Source: Fimicolochytrium jonesii
Taxonomy: Eukaryota
Direction: 5' to 3'
DNA: 20,000 nucleotides
Assembly (NCBI RefSeq): GCF_025526975.1
Contig: NW_026515668.1
Coordinates: 2,224,514 to 2,244,513 of the forward strand
Under the pieces are notes generated by a model. It did not search any database, had not been told where the DNA came from, and saw only the letters and a program-made list of their open reading frames with translations. The translations under genes were made by a program, and so were the position numbers. Positions 1 to 11,300 of the stretch are shown here, in pieces; position 1 is the stretch's first letter; every line of letters starts with the position of its first letter.

Positions 1-70
1 CGAACAGATCGCAGGTGAGCATCAAGCAGCAGGTTTCTGGAGGCTATCCAGCTCTCGATATCGCACATAC

Positions 71-1010
71 CTTTCCCTCCGCCTGCATACGTGACTGGAA
101 TCGTGCACCACTCGCCAAGCCCTGCAATCGAGCGAAACACAACTAAGTCCCAGATTTCCCCACGCAAGCAGCGCCATCATCCCTAGACTACCCACGTTGC
201 ACAAGTTCTTCATCGATCCCTTGACACAGTCCCTCCACGTCGGCTGCGTGTACAAGGAACTCGCTACAGAAGCGAGCCATAATCGCTAACGACTCGGCGT
301 TGACTTCGGTGGCGGTTGGCGTTTGCCATTTGTTCATCGCTATGATCCACTTGTCGTCTCGTCGTTTGCAGCTAGGATCGAGGGCCGTGAGCTATCCGTC
401 CAAGTGTACTCCATTCGAACTGGTATAGTGGAAGCTCCAATATACCTCACATCGACGACCAGCGCGTCCTTTCCGATCTTTTCCGATAGCGCTTTTAAGC
501 GTTCTAGGCTGAACTTTCCTTCTGGAAACAGCCAGCTCGTTACTATCACCTGATTTGTGGCAGAAATGTACTGCTTGGTTAATACGGCATGGTCTTCTCC
601 CTCAGCGCAATCACATGCATCCTACTTTATCAGCCCCAGCATCCAGCCACTCCACCGCATTATCGATAGTTATTCCACCTCCAATTTGTAGTCCTTTAGG
701 CCAGGCGGCCAGCGCCTCTTTGGCGGCAGCGTCGTTATTTGTACCAAGCTTTATAACGTGAGCTCCGCGGAGTTTGTGCGTGCGGTAGAGCTGGGCATAA
801 TAGGCTGGCGGGTGACTATGGAGCCGAGTAAGACATTGTAAACAACAAGCGTTCCGAGGAGAAAGCCATAGCAACGTCGGGTGACCCACTTACCGACCTT
901 GCGACGAAGTTAGTCTTAAGAGTTGAAGGCTCCGTGGTGCTGAGCGATCCTCCGACGATCTGCTTCACTTGACCCTCGTGCAAGTCGATACAAGGACGAA
1001 ATATGGTCAT
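71..1010 (-). CDS. HIS6: HisA/His6 phosphoribosylformimino-5-aminoimidazole carboxamide ribotide isomerase, eukaryotic type; 3'-partial. Exons 1010-898, 815-626, 549-446, 371-196, 121-71; the next intron starts at 70 and runs off the window
   Basis: Spliced translation [23 protein letters not shown]...[14 protein letters not shown]...HVIKLG...LQIGGGIT...[12 protein letters not shown]...[22 protein letters not shown]...[39 protein letters not shown] contains the typical His6 motifs. Four complete GT-AG introns of 74-82 nt keep the frame. Confidence 0.95.
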
Positions 1011-1369
1011 CGTGACAGGCAGCCCCGGCTCGAAATCAGTCTCAGCTCTAGTCTCCGGCGAATGTCGATGCCTCTCCCAGAAAGCGAAAGCCTCCAAAGT
1101 GACATTGACGGGTGAGTCATGCCATAGGGTTATTCTGGCACGGGATGGAAGCTTCCCAACTGCTATATGGTCCCACTGTATGGCCCCCTCTTTCTTCCTG
1201 TTGTTGCGTTTATGATTTTTCTTTACTGATACCGCATAGTATTTCATTGTCATATACCTGATTAATATATTTCCCTGTCGTTGGATATAACATAAACGAC
1301 GTCGCTTTGGGGGATGGTCGCTTAAGACCAGCGGCTCTGCCAAAAATACTTTTCGAGGTCCATGCGAAG

Positions 1370-1745
1370 CAAACATTTCTCCCGAGAAGCGAACATAATG
1401 GCAGCGTGCGCAACAAAACGCAACCTTTTTCAGCCAGTTCGCACGAAACGCAAACATTTCTCCCGAGGATGTTTGAAACGCAAACATTTCTTCCGAGGAT
1501 CAAACATCTATTGAACCTTTCTTCCCAAGAGCAAACATTTCGCGTGTGGCGTGCATGAAATTCAAACATTTCCCCAAGGAAAAGATGTCAAAAATTGTCA
1601 GCGAGCACGCTGCGCCACATAGCATTCCCGTCACATGCGCTTTTACGTGTTTTATCAAACATTTCCCCAAGGAAAAGATGTCAAAAACTGTCAGTGTGTC
1701 CCCTGCGCCACATAGCGTTCCCATCACGTGCGCTTTTACGTTTTT
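1370..1745. repeat. Composite repeat array built on CAAACAT(TT)
   Basis: CAAACAT at 1370, 1451, 1481, 1501, 1532, 1563 and 1656. A 30-bp tandem pair lies at about 1445-1500 and an imperfect 93-bp tandem duplication starts at 1562 and 1655. CAAACAT...ATGTTTG forms an inverted repeat at 1451-1475. Confidence 0.85.
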
Positions 1746-1838
1746 TTCTTTCGACGGCGGTGGGAACTGACCATTCAGGATTTGGGCTATGGGAGCGACA
1801 GAGGAGCAGATACAAATACAGCTATACCACATTGGGAC

Positions 1839-1913
1839 GGGGGGGATTGACGGTGGGAATACATGGTGGAATAAAGAGGGTGGAATATCGATGGGAATAT
1901 AGGCGGGGAATAT
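1839..1913. repeat. Degenerate 12-14-nt periodic repeat (GGAATA core)
   Basis: GGAATA at 1856, 1868, 1882, 1894 and 1907, each preceded by a G-rich stretch. Confidence 0.6.
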
Positions 1914-1981
1914 GGCCGGTTGATTATGGGCGGGCTCCTGAACTGACAATTCACAGCAAGCTCAAGAAGGAGGGAGAAACG

Positions 1982-3082
1982 CTACAAAAGCCCATACGCC
2001 AAGGGTCCTTGACGACGGATTTCGGCCAAACCGTCCCAGAGGGGGCCGCCAAACGGGTTTGGGGACCGGGGGCTACCGTGCTTGTCAAGCAAGTCTGTGG
2101 GAAAGTAGAAGGTCAGCTGTTTGGAGCACGAGCTGTATTCGGGAAGCTTTTGGCCCTCATCAAAGCGAAAGTAAACGTAGATTTGCGTCGGGAGTACGTG
2201 AGAACCTGTGACGGCGTGGACGACATCGTCCAGCGTCTGGTCCTTCAGAACTTCTTTCAATGCACGTCGGAAGAGCTGTGCGGCGGTTTTGCAAGATCCC
2301 GGCTCATTGCAGAGATTCGCATGTGAATTCCAGACAACGGGAAATGTTATCATACGTGAGCAGTACAGGCGCGAATAACGACATGACGACTCCGCATGGG
2401 ACCGAATGGAGGATTCCGACAAATTCCACGCCCATCCCCTTTACCATGTCGGCCATCGGGCCATCCCTACTTGCGTACAGCACATGGTATTCGATCGAAC
2501 GCAAATGGCGGTCGGCGTTTTCCCAGAACGTCCAGAGATCATTCCAGCTGCGGCGAAGCCGCTGCGGACGGTCTGCATCATTCACGTAAGTTGGAACATG
2601 AAAAGGCACACCCAGTCGCTCAACGCATGCCCTGAGTCTACCGACAAAAGAACGGACTCGGTAAACCGTTCACTGAGGGCGGTCAAGAGCACTGCAACGT
2701 CGAGTACATACCTGGCCTCCCATGTTTCACGCTTTGTTTTGCGGTCGATCCCCTTGTCACGCATACCGAACAGTACTTTGCCGAGTTCCTTGTCAAAGAG
2801 CTTCACCGTTTCCGCGGTGATCTGCCCATAATGGGGGAGGTGGATACCCGAGCGATTGTGGCTGTGGTGGAGGTAGTTTACGAAACCGGGATGGAGCGTT
2901 GTCGGAAAGATTCGAGCCCAGCGATAGGCACATACAATGACCCGCCCAAGCATCTCGTACATGCCGTCCAAGGGATACGCCGAGTTGTGAGGCGATGCCA
3001 CCGGTAGCAGCATATCCTCGCCTTCAAACCACGGCGTATCCTCCTTGCCGAAGTAGTGATCGATGAGGGCCTGAAACACCTC
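1982..3082 (-). pseudogene. Divergent HECT-like E3 ubiquitin ligase domain, 5'-truncated by the LTR at 3083 and split over three reading frames
   Basis: N-lobe-like EVFQALIDHYF...WFEG..MLLP...YEMLGRVIVCAY...LHPGFVNYL (ORF 2582-3079); middle segment in ORF 2304-2609; C-lobe-like VVHAVTGSHVLP...LPEYSSCSKQLTF and C-terminal AYGLL* (ORF 1982-2422). These resemble the HECT motifs FVTGS..LP, LP.A.TC.N.L.LP and GFGL*. Whether the frame changes are introns or frameshifts was not resolved. Confidence 0.6.
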
Positions 3083-3625
3083 TGTTATGATCTCGACGAC
3101 TGAGGCGGAAGCGCAGTAGAGAAGACAAGGCGAGAGCGATGGGCGACAAGAGATTGTATTGGCGAAACAAGAGACAAGTACTAGAACAAGAGATGAGAAG
3201 AACTGGTGTTGATCTGCTGGGGAGGAAGGGAATGGACGAAGAGAGGCCGGCTATTTATAGATAGGTAACCCAGCGGATCAGAGAACAACAACAACAAGAG
3301 GGGACTGGGGGGGCGCCAGCTATGCTCCTAGAGCGGGCGTGGCAAGCGTAGAGAGCATTGCTACAGCTGCTGGCTATGGAGAAGTAGTGGGGGCTGTGGA
3401 GAAGCCGTAGGGGGGATTGGCAAAATGAGAGGAGAGAGGAGGAGTGGCGATATTGCGGGAGGATTGGCAAAATGAGAGGAGAGAGGGGGAGTGGCATTGA
3501 CATTGATATTGACATTGACATTGACACTGACATGGACACTGACATTGACATTGGCGTTTGACATTGGCGGTTGTCAGTGTGCTGTCATGAGGTAAGCTTA
3601 TGGTATGGGCGCGTCGTCCATAACA
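3083..3625 (-). repeat. 3' LTR of outer element (543 bp)
   Basis: TGTTATG...CATAACA termini; aligns with 14292-14842; PPT adjacent. Contains a 35-bp direct repeat (3414-3448 and 3461-3495) and a GACATT/GACACT hexamer run (about 3496-3566). Confidence 0.95.
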
Positions 3626-3640
3626 TCACCCCTCCCTTTA
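3626..3640 (-). other. Polypurine tract of outer element
   Basis: Minus strand TAAAGGGAGGGGTGA immediately before the 3' LTR; the leading TAA is the pol stop codon. Confidence 0.9.
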
Positions 3641-6600
3641 GCGGCGGCGGCGGCGGCGTCGAGTCTGGCCGGGTTGCAGGGGAGGTGCTACGGGGACAGA
3701 GGAAGGCTTGTTAGGGTACGCGCTGTGGAAGTCCTTGAGGAGTGCGTCGGTATGGGTGAGGTGTTCCACGGGCTCCCAGGTGTTCTCGGAGTCAGGCCAG
3801 CCCTGCCATTTGACCAAGTACTGAAGGCGACGACGATGGATGCGAGAGTCCAGGATGGCTTCGACAACCCACTCTTCTTGACCCTCAACGGTCTCTGGGG
3901 CCACGGGTTCGGGTTCGTGTCGTTCGGGGATGGTGAAGCGGGGTTCGAGAAGCGAGACATGGAAGACATCATGGATTTTGCACGTAGGCGGGAGCTTGAG
4001 CCGGTAGGCGACTGGATTGATCTTTTCAACGATGGGAAATGGCCCAATCTTGCGATGGTCAAGTTTCTGAGAGGGCCGGGTTGTCTGGAGGTTTTTGCGG
4101 AGGAGCCAGACGTGGTCGCCAGGCTTGAAGTCCGGTCCAGGAATTCGTTTGGCGTCGGCGTAGCGCTTCATTTGGTCTTGGGCTTCCTTGAGCTCGAGGG
4201 CGAGCTGTTCATGGACTGCCCTGATTTGTTTAGCGCGGGCTTCAGCGGCGGGGTTGACGGATTCGGAGGTAGCAGAGGCCGCGAAACTGAAGCAGGGGTG
4301 GAGACCCTTGTTGGCGTAGAAGGGGGTGATCTGGGAGGCGGACTGATGGGTGTTGTTGTAGGCGAACTCGGCGGACGACAGATGCTGTTTCCAGTTGTCC
4401 TGTTGGTGGTTGCAAAAGCATCGGAGATACTGCTCCAGGATCTGGTTGGTGCGTTCCGTCTGGCCATCGCTCTGAGGGTGGAAGGCCGAGGAGAGGTTGG
4501 CTTTTGCCCCAAGGAGTTCGAGAAGTCGACGCCAGAACCGGGACTTGAACTGGGGTCCTCGGTCAGAGATGACGTCGTCGGGGAGGCCGTGGAGACGGAT
4601 GATGTTGTGGAAGACTAGGTCGGCGGTGGATTCGGCGGATTCTGACTCGCTGCAGGCGATGAAGTGGGCCATCTTGGTGAGGCGACAGTTGACGTTCAGG
4701 ATGGAGTCGTACCCGTCCACGGGAGGCAGACCGGTGATAAAGTCCAGGGACCAAGATCCCCAAGGGCGGGTAGGGATACTGTTGGGCTGGAGTAGGCCAT
4801 ATGGTTTGTGTCGACTGGATTTCGCTTGGCTCCAGGTATCGCAGGACTTGACGTAGGCCTTGACGAAGCGCCACTGGCTGGGCCACCAGTAGTTGCGGGA
4901 GGCGAGTTCGAGCGTCTTGGACATCCCAAAGTGGCCGGCTAGGGGTGTATCGTGCATGTCGTGGCAGACTTCAGCTTGGAGCTCGTTGGTGGGGACATAG
5001 ACTAGGTTATCGTGCAGCAGGATCCCATCTTCATCTGAGAACCGCTTGATACGATCTTGGGTTTCCTCGGTTCGTTGGGCGAGGGGTATCTTGAGCTTTT
5101 CGCGAATGGTCTTAGCAAGGGGATCAGAGGCCTGGGCGGCCTTAATCTTGTCAAGCAGCGTGGTATCCAGGGGTGTGAGGTAGGCCGCGGCGAGTCGAAG
5201 GCGTTGGGGAGTCAAAATTGTGGTTGCCTGGGAGCGGAACGCTTCTTCCCCCTCTTTTAGCTCATGTTCGGAGCGTCGGGAGAGGGCATCGGCTTGGTGC
5301 TGCTGGGAACCGGGGCGATAGGTAATGACAAAGTCAAAATCCGAGAAGAATATCGACCAGCGGGCTTGGCGGCGGTTCAGGGTGCGGGTGGTCATGAAGT
5401 ACTGAAGGTTTTTGTGGTCGGAGTAAACGGTGATCTTGTGACAGGCGCCAATGAGATGGTGGCGCCACTGGGCAAAGGAGTCTTGGATGGCCAGAAGTTC
5501 CTTGTCGTAGATCTTCGTAGTTGATCTCTTCGGCCGTGAATTTGCGAGAGTGGAAGGCCACGGGGTGGAGCTGATTGTCCTGGTCAAGTTGGAGGAGAAC
5601 TGCGCCAAGAGCGAAGTCGGAGGCGTCAGTTTCGACGAAGAAGGGCTTCTCTGGGTCAGGGTGAGCAAGGATGGGAGCGGTGGTGAATGCTTTCTTCAGG
5701 TTCTCGAAGGCGGTGTTTGCGGCGGGTGTCCAGGCGTACGGGATGTCTTTCCGGGTCAGGGCTGTGAGCGGGGTAGCGATCTTGGAATAACCTTGGATGA
5801 ATCGGCGATAGAAGTTGGCAAAGCCGAGGAACCGCTGGACGCCTTTGACAGTCTTGGGAGGTTCCCAATCCGTGATGGCAGCGATCTTCTTGGGGTCCAT
5901 CTGGATGCCTTTCTTGGAGATGATGAAGCCTAGGCACCCAATGGATTCGCGGTTGAATTCGCACTTCTCTGGTTTGGCGTACAACCCATGCTGTCGGAGG
6001 TGGGACAAGACTTCGCGGACATGTTTGGGGTGATCTTCGGGGTTCTTGGAGAATATCAGGATATCGTCGAGGTAGACGACAACAAACACATCGAGAATGT
6101 CGCAGAAGATGTCGTTCATCAGGTACTGGAAGACGCCAGGAGCATTGCTGAGTCCAAAGGGCATGACATTGTATTCGAATAGGCCGTAGCGGCAGCGGAA
6201 GGCGGTCTTCCATTCATCGCCCGGGCGCATGCGTAAGAGATTATAAGCGCCGCGGAGGTCGATCTTGGTGAGACAGCGGGCGCCGCCCAAACAATCCATG
6301 ATACCGTTGATCAGGGGCAAGGGGTAGCGATTCTTCACTGTGATGCTGTTCAGGCCTCGATAATCGACGCAGAGGCGGAGAGAACCGTCCTTTTTCTTCA
6401 CAAATAAGACTGGCGCACCGGCAGGGGACTTTGAGGGTTTGATGAATCCTTTGGCGAGGTTTTCTTCGAGGTATTCGCAGAGTGCCTTCATTTCTGGTTC
6501 GCTGAGGCTGTAGATCGGGCCGAAAGGTGGCTGCTTGCCTTCTTCCAGATCGATTGGACAGTCGTAGGGCCGGTGCTCGGGGAGAGTGTCAGCATTTCTC

Positions 6601-7550
6601 TTCTCGAAAACGTTAGCGAAGTCTTGATACTCGGGGGGCAGGAAGTCTTTGATGTCTTTCTCGGGTGTCGGGGGGTTACTGGGGCTAGGCAAGGCCGGGA
6701 GATCGGGTTTCGCAGGGTTGGCGTAGGCGACAAAGACCTGGTCATGCCTTGCTGCGACCCGGAAGGCTGGGGCGGAAATAAACGAGACTTGGAGCGGCCT
6801 GGGAGCCGGTTCTGGGGTGCTGGAGCGAGATACCTTGGGTACTGGAATCGACCATGTTTCGTCGACGGGGACTTCATCCTGGGGGATGCGGATCAAGGGC
6901 TCGGGGGTTCTGGCGGGTGCTGGGCTCGGGGGTGCTGGAGAGTTGTCCCAATTCGCGAATTCATGGTACTGACAGTCGCAACGGAAACCGACCGAAAGGT
7001 TCTTGAAGCCAAGGTTAATGTCGTGGAGGCGGAGCCAGGGGAGACCAAGGAGGATTGGAGCATGGGGTGATTTGGTGACATGGAAGACGAGTTCTTCGAA
7101 GTGGTCATCGACCCACATGCCTACTGGTTGGATGTGATGGGTGATTGGCCCAGCTGAGCTGGGTTGACCGTCAAAGAGTTCGATCGTCAGGGGACGCTGA
7201 TGATGAACTAGGGGGATGCGGTGCTTGCGGGCAAAGTCCTCGTCGATGAAGCAGGACAGGGCCTCGTTGTCGATCATGGCTGAGGTAGGTATCGGGGCAC
7301 GGCTGGATGATACCATGATGGTAACGGGGTAGTTGAAGGGTTTGGCAGGACCCAGTGCAAGCATGGCTTGTGGGTTAATTTCGGAGTTCTTGACATGGGC
7401 AGCGGCTAGGAGGGTTGTGTCGGCTATAACGGAGTCGGGAACCAGGGGGGTGGCCTCTTCCGTTGCAGGAGCTGCGAGGTTAGGAGGCCCGGAGGAGTGT
7501 GTGTTGTCCAGTTGCTGGGGCTTTACTGCGGCTGGACCTTGGGAAACCCC
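3638..7550 (-). pseudogene. pol: Outer pol: protease, RT, RNase H, integrase, chromodomain; one frameshift at about 5514
   Basis: ORFs 5334-7364 and 3638-5668. RT YLDD, RH TDASD...ELLAI...ADALSR, IN SLDFI/SDRG/QTER, GPF motif, chromodomain EWVVEAIL...YLVKWQGW...TWEP. Lesions: +1 nt at EINYE, protease site DNEA (inner copy DTGA), IN zinc finger CDTW (inner copy CDVC). The pol frame is open upstream into the gag overlap. Confidence 0.93.
7485..7550 (-). promoter_or_regulatory. Predicted, degenerate -1 frameshift signal of outer element
   Basis: pol is in the -1 frame relative to gag. G GGG TTT, a 6-nt spacer and a GTCCAG/CTGGAC stem occupy the same position as the better signal in the inner element. 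Confidence 0.55.
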
Positions 7551-7777
7551 TGTTCCGTGGAGGGTTCTTTGATGTTGACGTTGGCGGCACGGGTGGTGGT
7601 CTTGTTCTTGGCTGGGCAGGCCTTTGCAATGTGCCCCGCGCCACCGCAGTAAAGGCAGAGGTTGTTGGAAATGCGGCGTTGGCGTTCCTGGGGGCTCAGA
7701 GGGCCGCGGGGACGGGCGGCGTCAATCTGCATGGGCTCGCTGTGGTCGACGGTGGTGTTAGTGGTAAACGAGGTATG
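7523..7777 (-). pseudogene. gag: Outer gag, 3' part with CCHC zinc knuckle
   Basis: HTSFTT...EPMQIDAAR...[14 protein letters not shown]...VQPQ*; joins in frame with 13474-14222 once the inner element and one TSD copy are removed. Confidence 0.92.
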
Positions 7778-8307
7778 TGTTATGAATGGGCGGAGCCGAT
7801 GGAAATAGAGGCGGCTTGGGGTGCAGGTTGTTGACAGGTAATGGTATTCAGACCGAAACAAGAACTAGAACAAGACTAGGAAGAACTGGTGTTGATCTGC
7901 TGGGGGATCAGGAAGTGGGGAGCTCAGGGGAGGCGGCTATTTATGTTTTTCTGGGAAGGCTGGGGAAGCGTGGGGAAGCAGAAGGGTACGGAATGAGAGG
8001 GAAGCCAAGAGAAGCGCCAAGGGTGGGGAAGCATAGAAACAGAAGACTGGGGATGGGGTGGCTACGCTGAGGCTGTGGGCGGGTACGTGGGGAAGTATGG
8101 AGAAGGGTTTGTAAGCGCCGAGTGTTGGGAGGTGTGGCTACGTGCGGCTGCGTGGAGAAATGAAGGCAGTGGCAGGTGTGGGGTAGCGCGGCTGCGTGTG
8201 GCTGCGAGGTTTGGCAGATGTCAGGTTTTGACAGGGAATTGACATTGACTGACTGTTGGGATGCTGTCATGAGGTAAGCGCATGGTATGGACGCGTCGTC
8301 CATAACA
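7778..8307 (-). repeat. 3' LTR of inner element
   Basis: TGTTATG...CATAACA termini; direct repeat of 12944-13473. Confidence 0.97.
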
Positions 8308-8322
8308 TCACCCCCTCCTTTA
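8308..8322 (-). other. Polypurine tract of inner element
   Basis: Minus strand TAAAGGAGGGGGTGA adjacent to the LTR; begins with the pol stop codon. Confidence 0.9.
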
Positions 8323-11300
8323 GCCATGGCGTCTGGATGTTGTTTTGATGTTGGCAGGCTTTGGTCGGCGTTTGTCGGGGTACTTTTGGTGGAACTGGGC
8401 AACAAGCTCTTGACATCGGGCAAGGTGTTCCACTGGCTCCCATGTGTTCTCCGAGCTTGGCCAACCCTGCCACTTGATGAGGTACTGAAGGTGCGTGCGT
8501 CGAATACGGGAGTCAAGAATGTCTTCCACAATCCATTCCTCCTGTCCTTCCACTTCTTCTGGTGGGGTGGGTTCTGGCTCAGTTCGCTCCGGAATGGTGA
8601 AACGTGGTTCAAGAAGGGAGACATGGAAGACGTTGTGAATTTTGTAGGATGGGGGAAGCTTGAGGCGATATGTGACCGAGTTGATCTTCTCCGTGATTGT
8701 GAAGGGGCCAATCTTACGGTGATCAAGTTTCTGGGAAGGTCGGAGAGTCTTGAGATTCCGCTGTAAGAGCCAGACACTGTCCCCGGGTTTCATGTCTGGG
8801 CCAGGTGCCCTCTTAGCATCGGCAAAGCGCTTCATGCGTCCTTGGGCCTCCTTGAGCTCAGTGGCAAGCTGTTCATGGATTTCCTTGAGATGGTTGGCGC
8901 GAGCTTCGGCTGCAGGATTAAGGGATTCGGTTGTGGTGGCGGAAGCCAGACTGAATCGAGGATGGAACCCATAGTTGGCGTAGAAGGGGGTTGTCTGGGT
9001 GGCGGAGTGGATGGTGTTATTGTAAGAGAACTCAGCAGAAGACAAGAGTTCCTTCCAGTTATCTTGTTGATAGTTGCAAAAGCAGCGAAGGTATTGCTCA
9101 AGAATCTGATTGGTCCGCTCGGTTTGTCCATCGCTCTGGGGATGGAACGCCGATGAGAGGTTGACCTTGGTTCCCAGGAGAGCGAAGAGACGTTTCCAGA
9201 AGTGGGAGTTGAACTGTGGGCCACGGTCAGATACAATATCGTCGGGGAGTCCATGGAGCCGGATGACATGGTGCCAGATCAGATCTGCAGTTGACTCAGC
9301 GGTGGCAGTTTTCCTGCACGGTACAAAGTGCGCCATCTTGGTGAACCGGCAGATGACAACGAGCACAGAATCAACCCCATCACTGGCGGGTAGATCCGTG
9401 ATGAAGTCCATGGAAATTGACCCCCAGGGGCGGTCAGGGACCTGCAGGGGTTGGAGGAGACCGTAGGGCTTGTGTCTGCTGGTCTTGGCTTGAGCACATA
9501 CGTCGCAGGACCTGATGTAGGACTTGACAAAACGCCACTGGCTAGGCCACCAGTAGTTGCGTGAGATGAGCTCCAGGGTCTTTGACATGCCGTAGTGTCC
9601 TGCCAAACGCGTGTCATGCATGTCCCGGCAGATCTCAGCACGGAGCTTGTTGGTGGGGACGTAGCAAGGTTGTCGTACAGCAGAACCCCATTTTCCTTGG
9701 AGAATCGCTTTATCCGTTCTTGGTCTTCTTGAGATTGCTGGGCAATGGGGGCCCTAAGCTGTCGCCGGATGGTTTGCGCAAACACATCGGATGCCAGGGC
9801 AGCTTTGATTTGGTCAAGGAGCGAGGAGTCCAGTGGGGTCAGATAAGTGGCGGCGGTTGAGGGTACGGGTAGTCATGAAGTACTGGAGGTTCTTGTGGTC
9901 ACAGTAAACGATGACCTTGTGGCGGGCACCAATGAGGTGGTGTCGCCATTGAGCAAATGAGTCTTGGATAGCCAGGAGTTCCTTGTCGTAGATCTCATAG
10001 TTGATTTCCTCAGGAGTAAATTTGCGGGAGTGAAAGGCCACGGGGTGGAGTTGATCTGTGTCATCGGGTTGAAGGAGGACGGCGCCAAGGGCAAAGTCGG
10101 AGGCATCGGATTCGACAATGAAGGGCTTGTCAGGGTCGGGGTGAGTCAGGATAGGTGCGGAGGTGAAGGCTTTCTTGAGGGTTTCAAAAGCTAGGTGTGC
10201 AGCGTGGGTCCATTTGAATGGCAAGTCTTTGCGAGTGAGCGTGGTCAGGGGTGCAACGATCGCAGAGTACCCTTTGATGAATCGCCGGTAGAAGTTGGCA
10301 AAACCAAGGAAGCGCTGGATGCCTTTGACATTCGTCGGGGGTTCCCATTTGGTAATGGCAGCCGTCTTCTTTGGGTCCATGGAAATGCCTTGCTGGGAGA
10401 TGATAAACCCCAGGAACTCAACAGAGTCACGGTTGAATTCGCATTTTTCCGGTTTAGCATACAGCCCGTGCTGGCGGAGTCGTGAGAGCACCTCTCGGAT
10501 GTGGTTGGGGTAGTCTTCTGGGTTTTTTGAGAAGATCAGAATGTCGTCAAGGTAGACCACAACAAAAACGTCGAGAATGTCATGAAATATGTTGTTCATG
10601 AGGTGTTGGAATACTCCAGGGGCATTGGTGAGCCCAAACGGCATGACATTATACTCGAATAGGTCGTAGCGACTTCGGAACGCTGTCTTCCATTCATCCC
10701 CTGGCCGGATCCGAAGAAGGTTGTAGGCTCCCCGGAGGTCAATCTTGGTGAGCCGGCGTGCCCCTCGAAGACGATCCATCATGCTGTTAATCAAGGGCAA
10801 GGGATAGCGATTCTTGATGGTGTTATTGTTGAGTCCACGATAGTCGACGCACAGACGGAGGGAACCGTCCTTTTTCTTGACAAAGAGGACTGGGGCACCG
10901 GCGGGAGACTTGGAGTGCTTGATGAACCCCTTAGCTAGGTTCTCTTCAAGGTAGTCACAGAGTGCCTGCATTTCAGGCTCGCCGAGACTATAGATCGGGC
11001 CGAACGGTGGCTGTTTGCCCTCTTCTAAGTCGATGGGACAGTCGTAGGGTCGGTGCTCTGGGAGGGTATCCGCGTTCTTCTTGGCGAAGACGTCCGCAAA
11101 ATTTTGGTATTCTTCAGGAATGATGGCCTTCGGATCTTTTGGAGGAGTGGTCGCCAGGGCTTGGGAATCTGACTTGGTCGGATTGGCGTAGGCAATGAAT
11201 GCCTGGTCATGCCTTGCCGCCACACGGAAAGCTGGGGCGCTGATAAACGATACATGGATCGGTGTGGGTGCTGGGTCCAGTGTGTTGGGGGTCTGGGCTA

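Noticed and set aside
816..1487. 223-aa ORF as an N-terminally extended His6
   Set aside because: His6 similarity starts at ATG 1010; the upstream part runs through promoter and repeat DNA from a non-ATG start.
1595..2326. 243-aa plus-strand ORF
   Set aside because: Spans repeats and the antisense of the HECT-like C-lobe; no independent coding signal.
3255..3564. MSMSVS/NVNVS/CQCQ repeat ORFs (also 14487-14914)
   Set aside because: Translations of the LTR hexamer microsatellite.
3605..4618. 337-aa plus-strand ORF and other antisense ORFs over both pol genes
   Set aside because: Antisense shadows of GC-rich pol coding sequence with no motifs; the equivalent frame is broken in the inner element.
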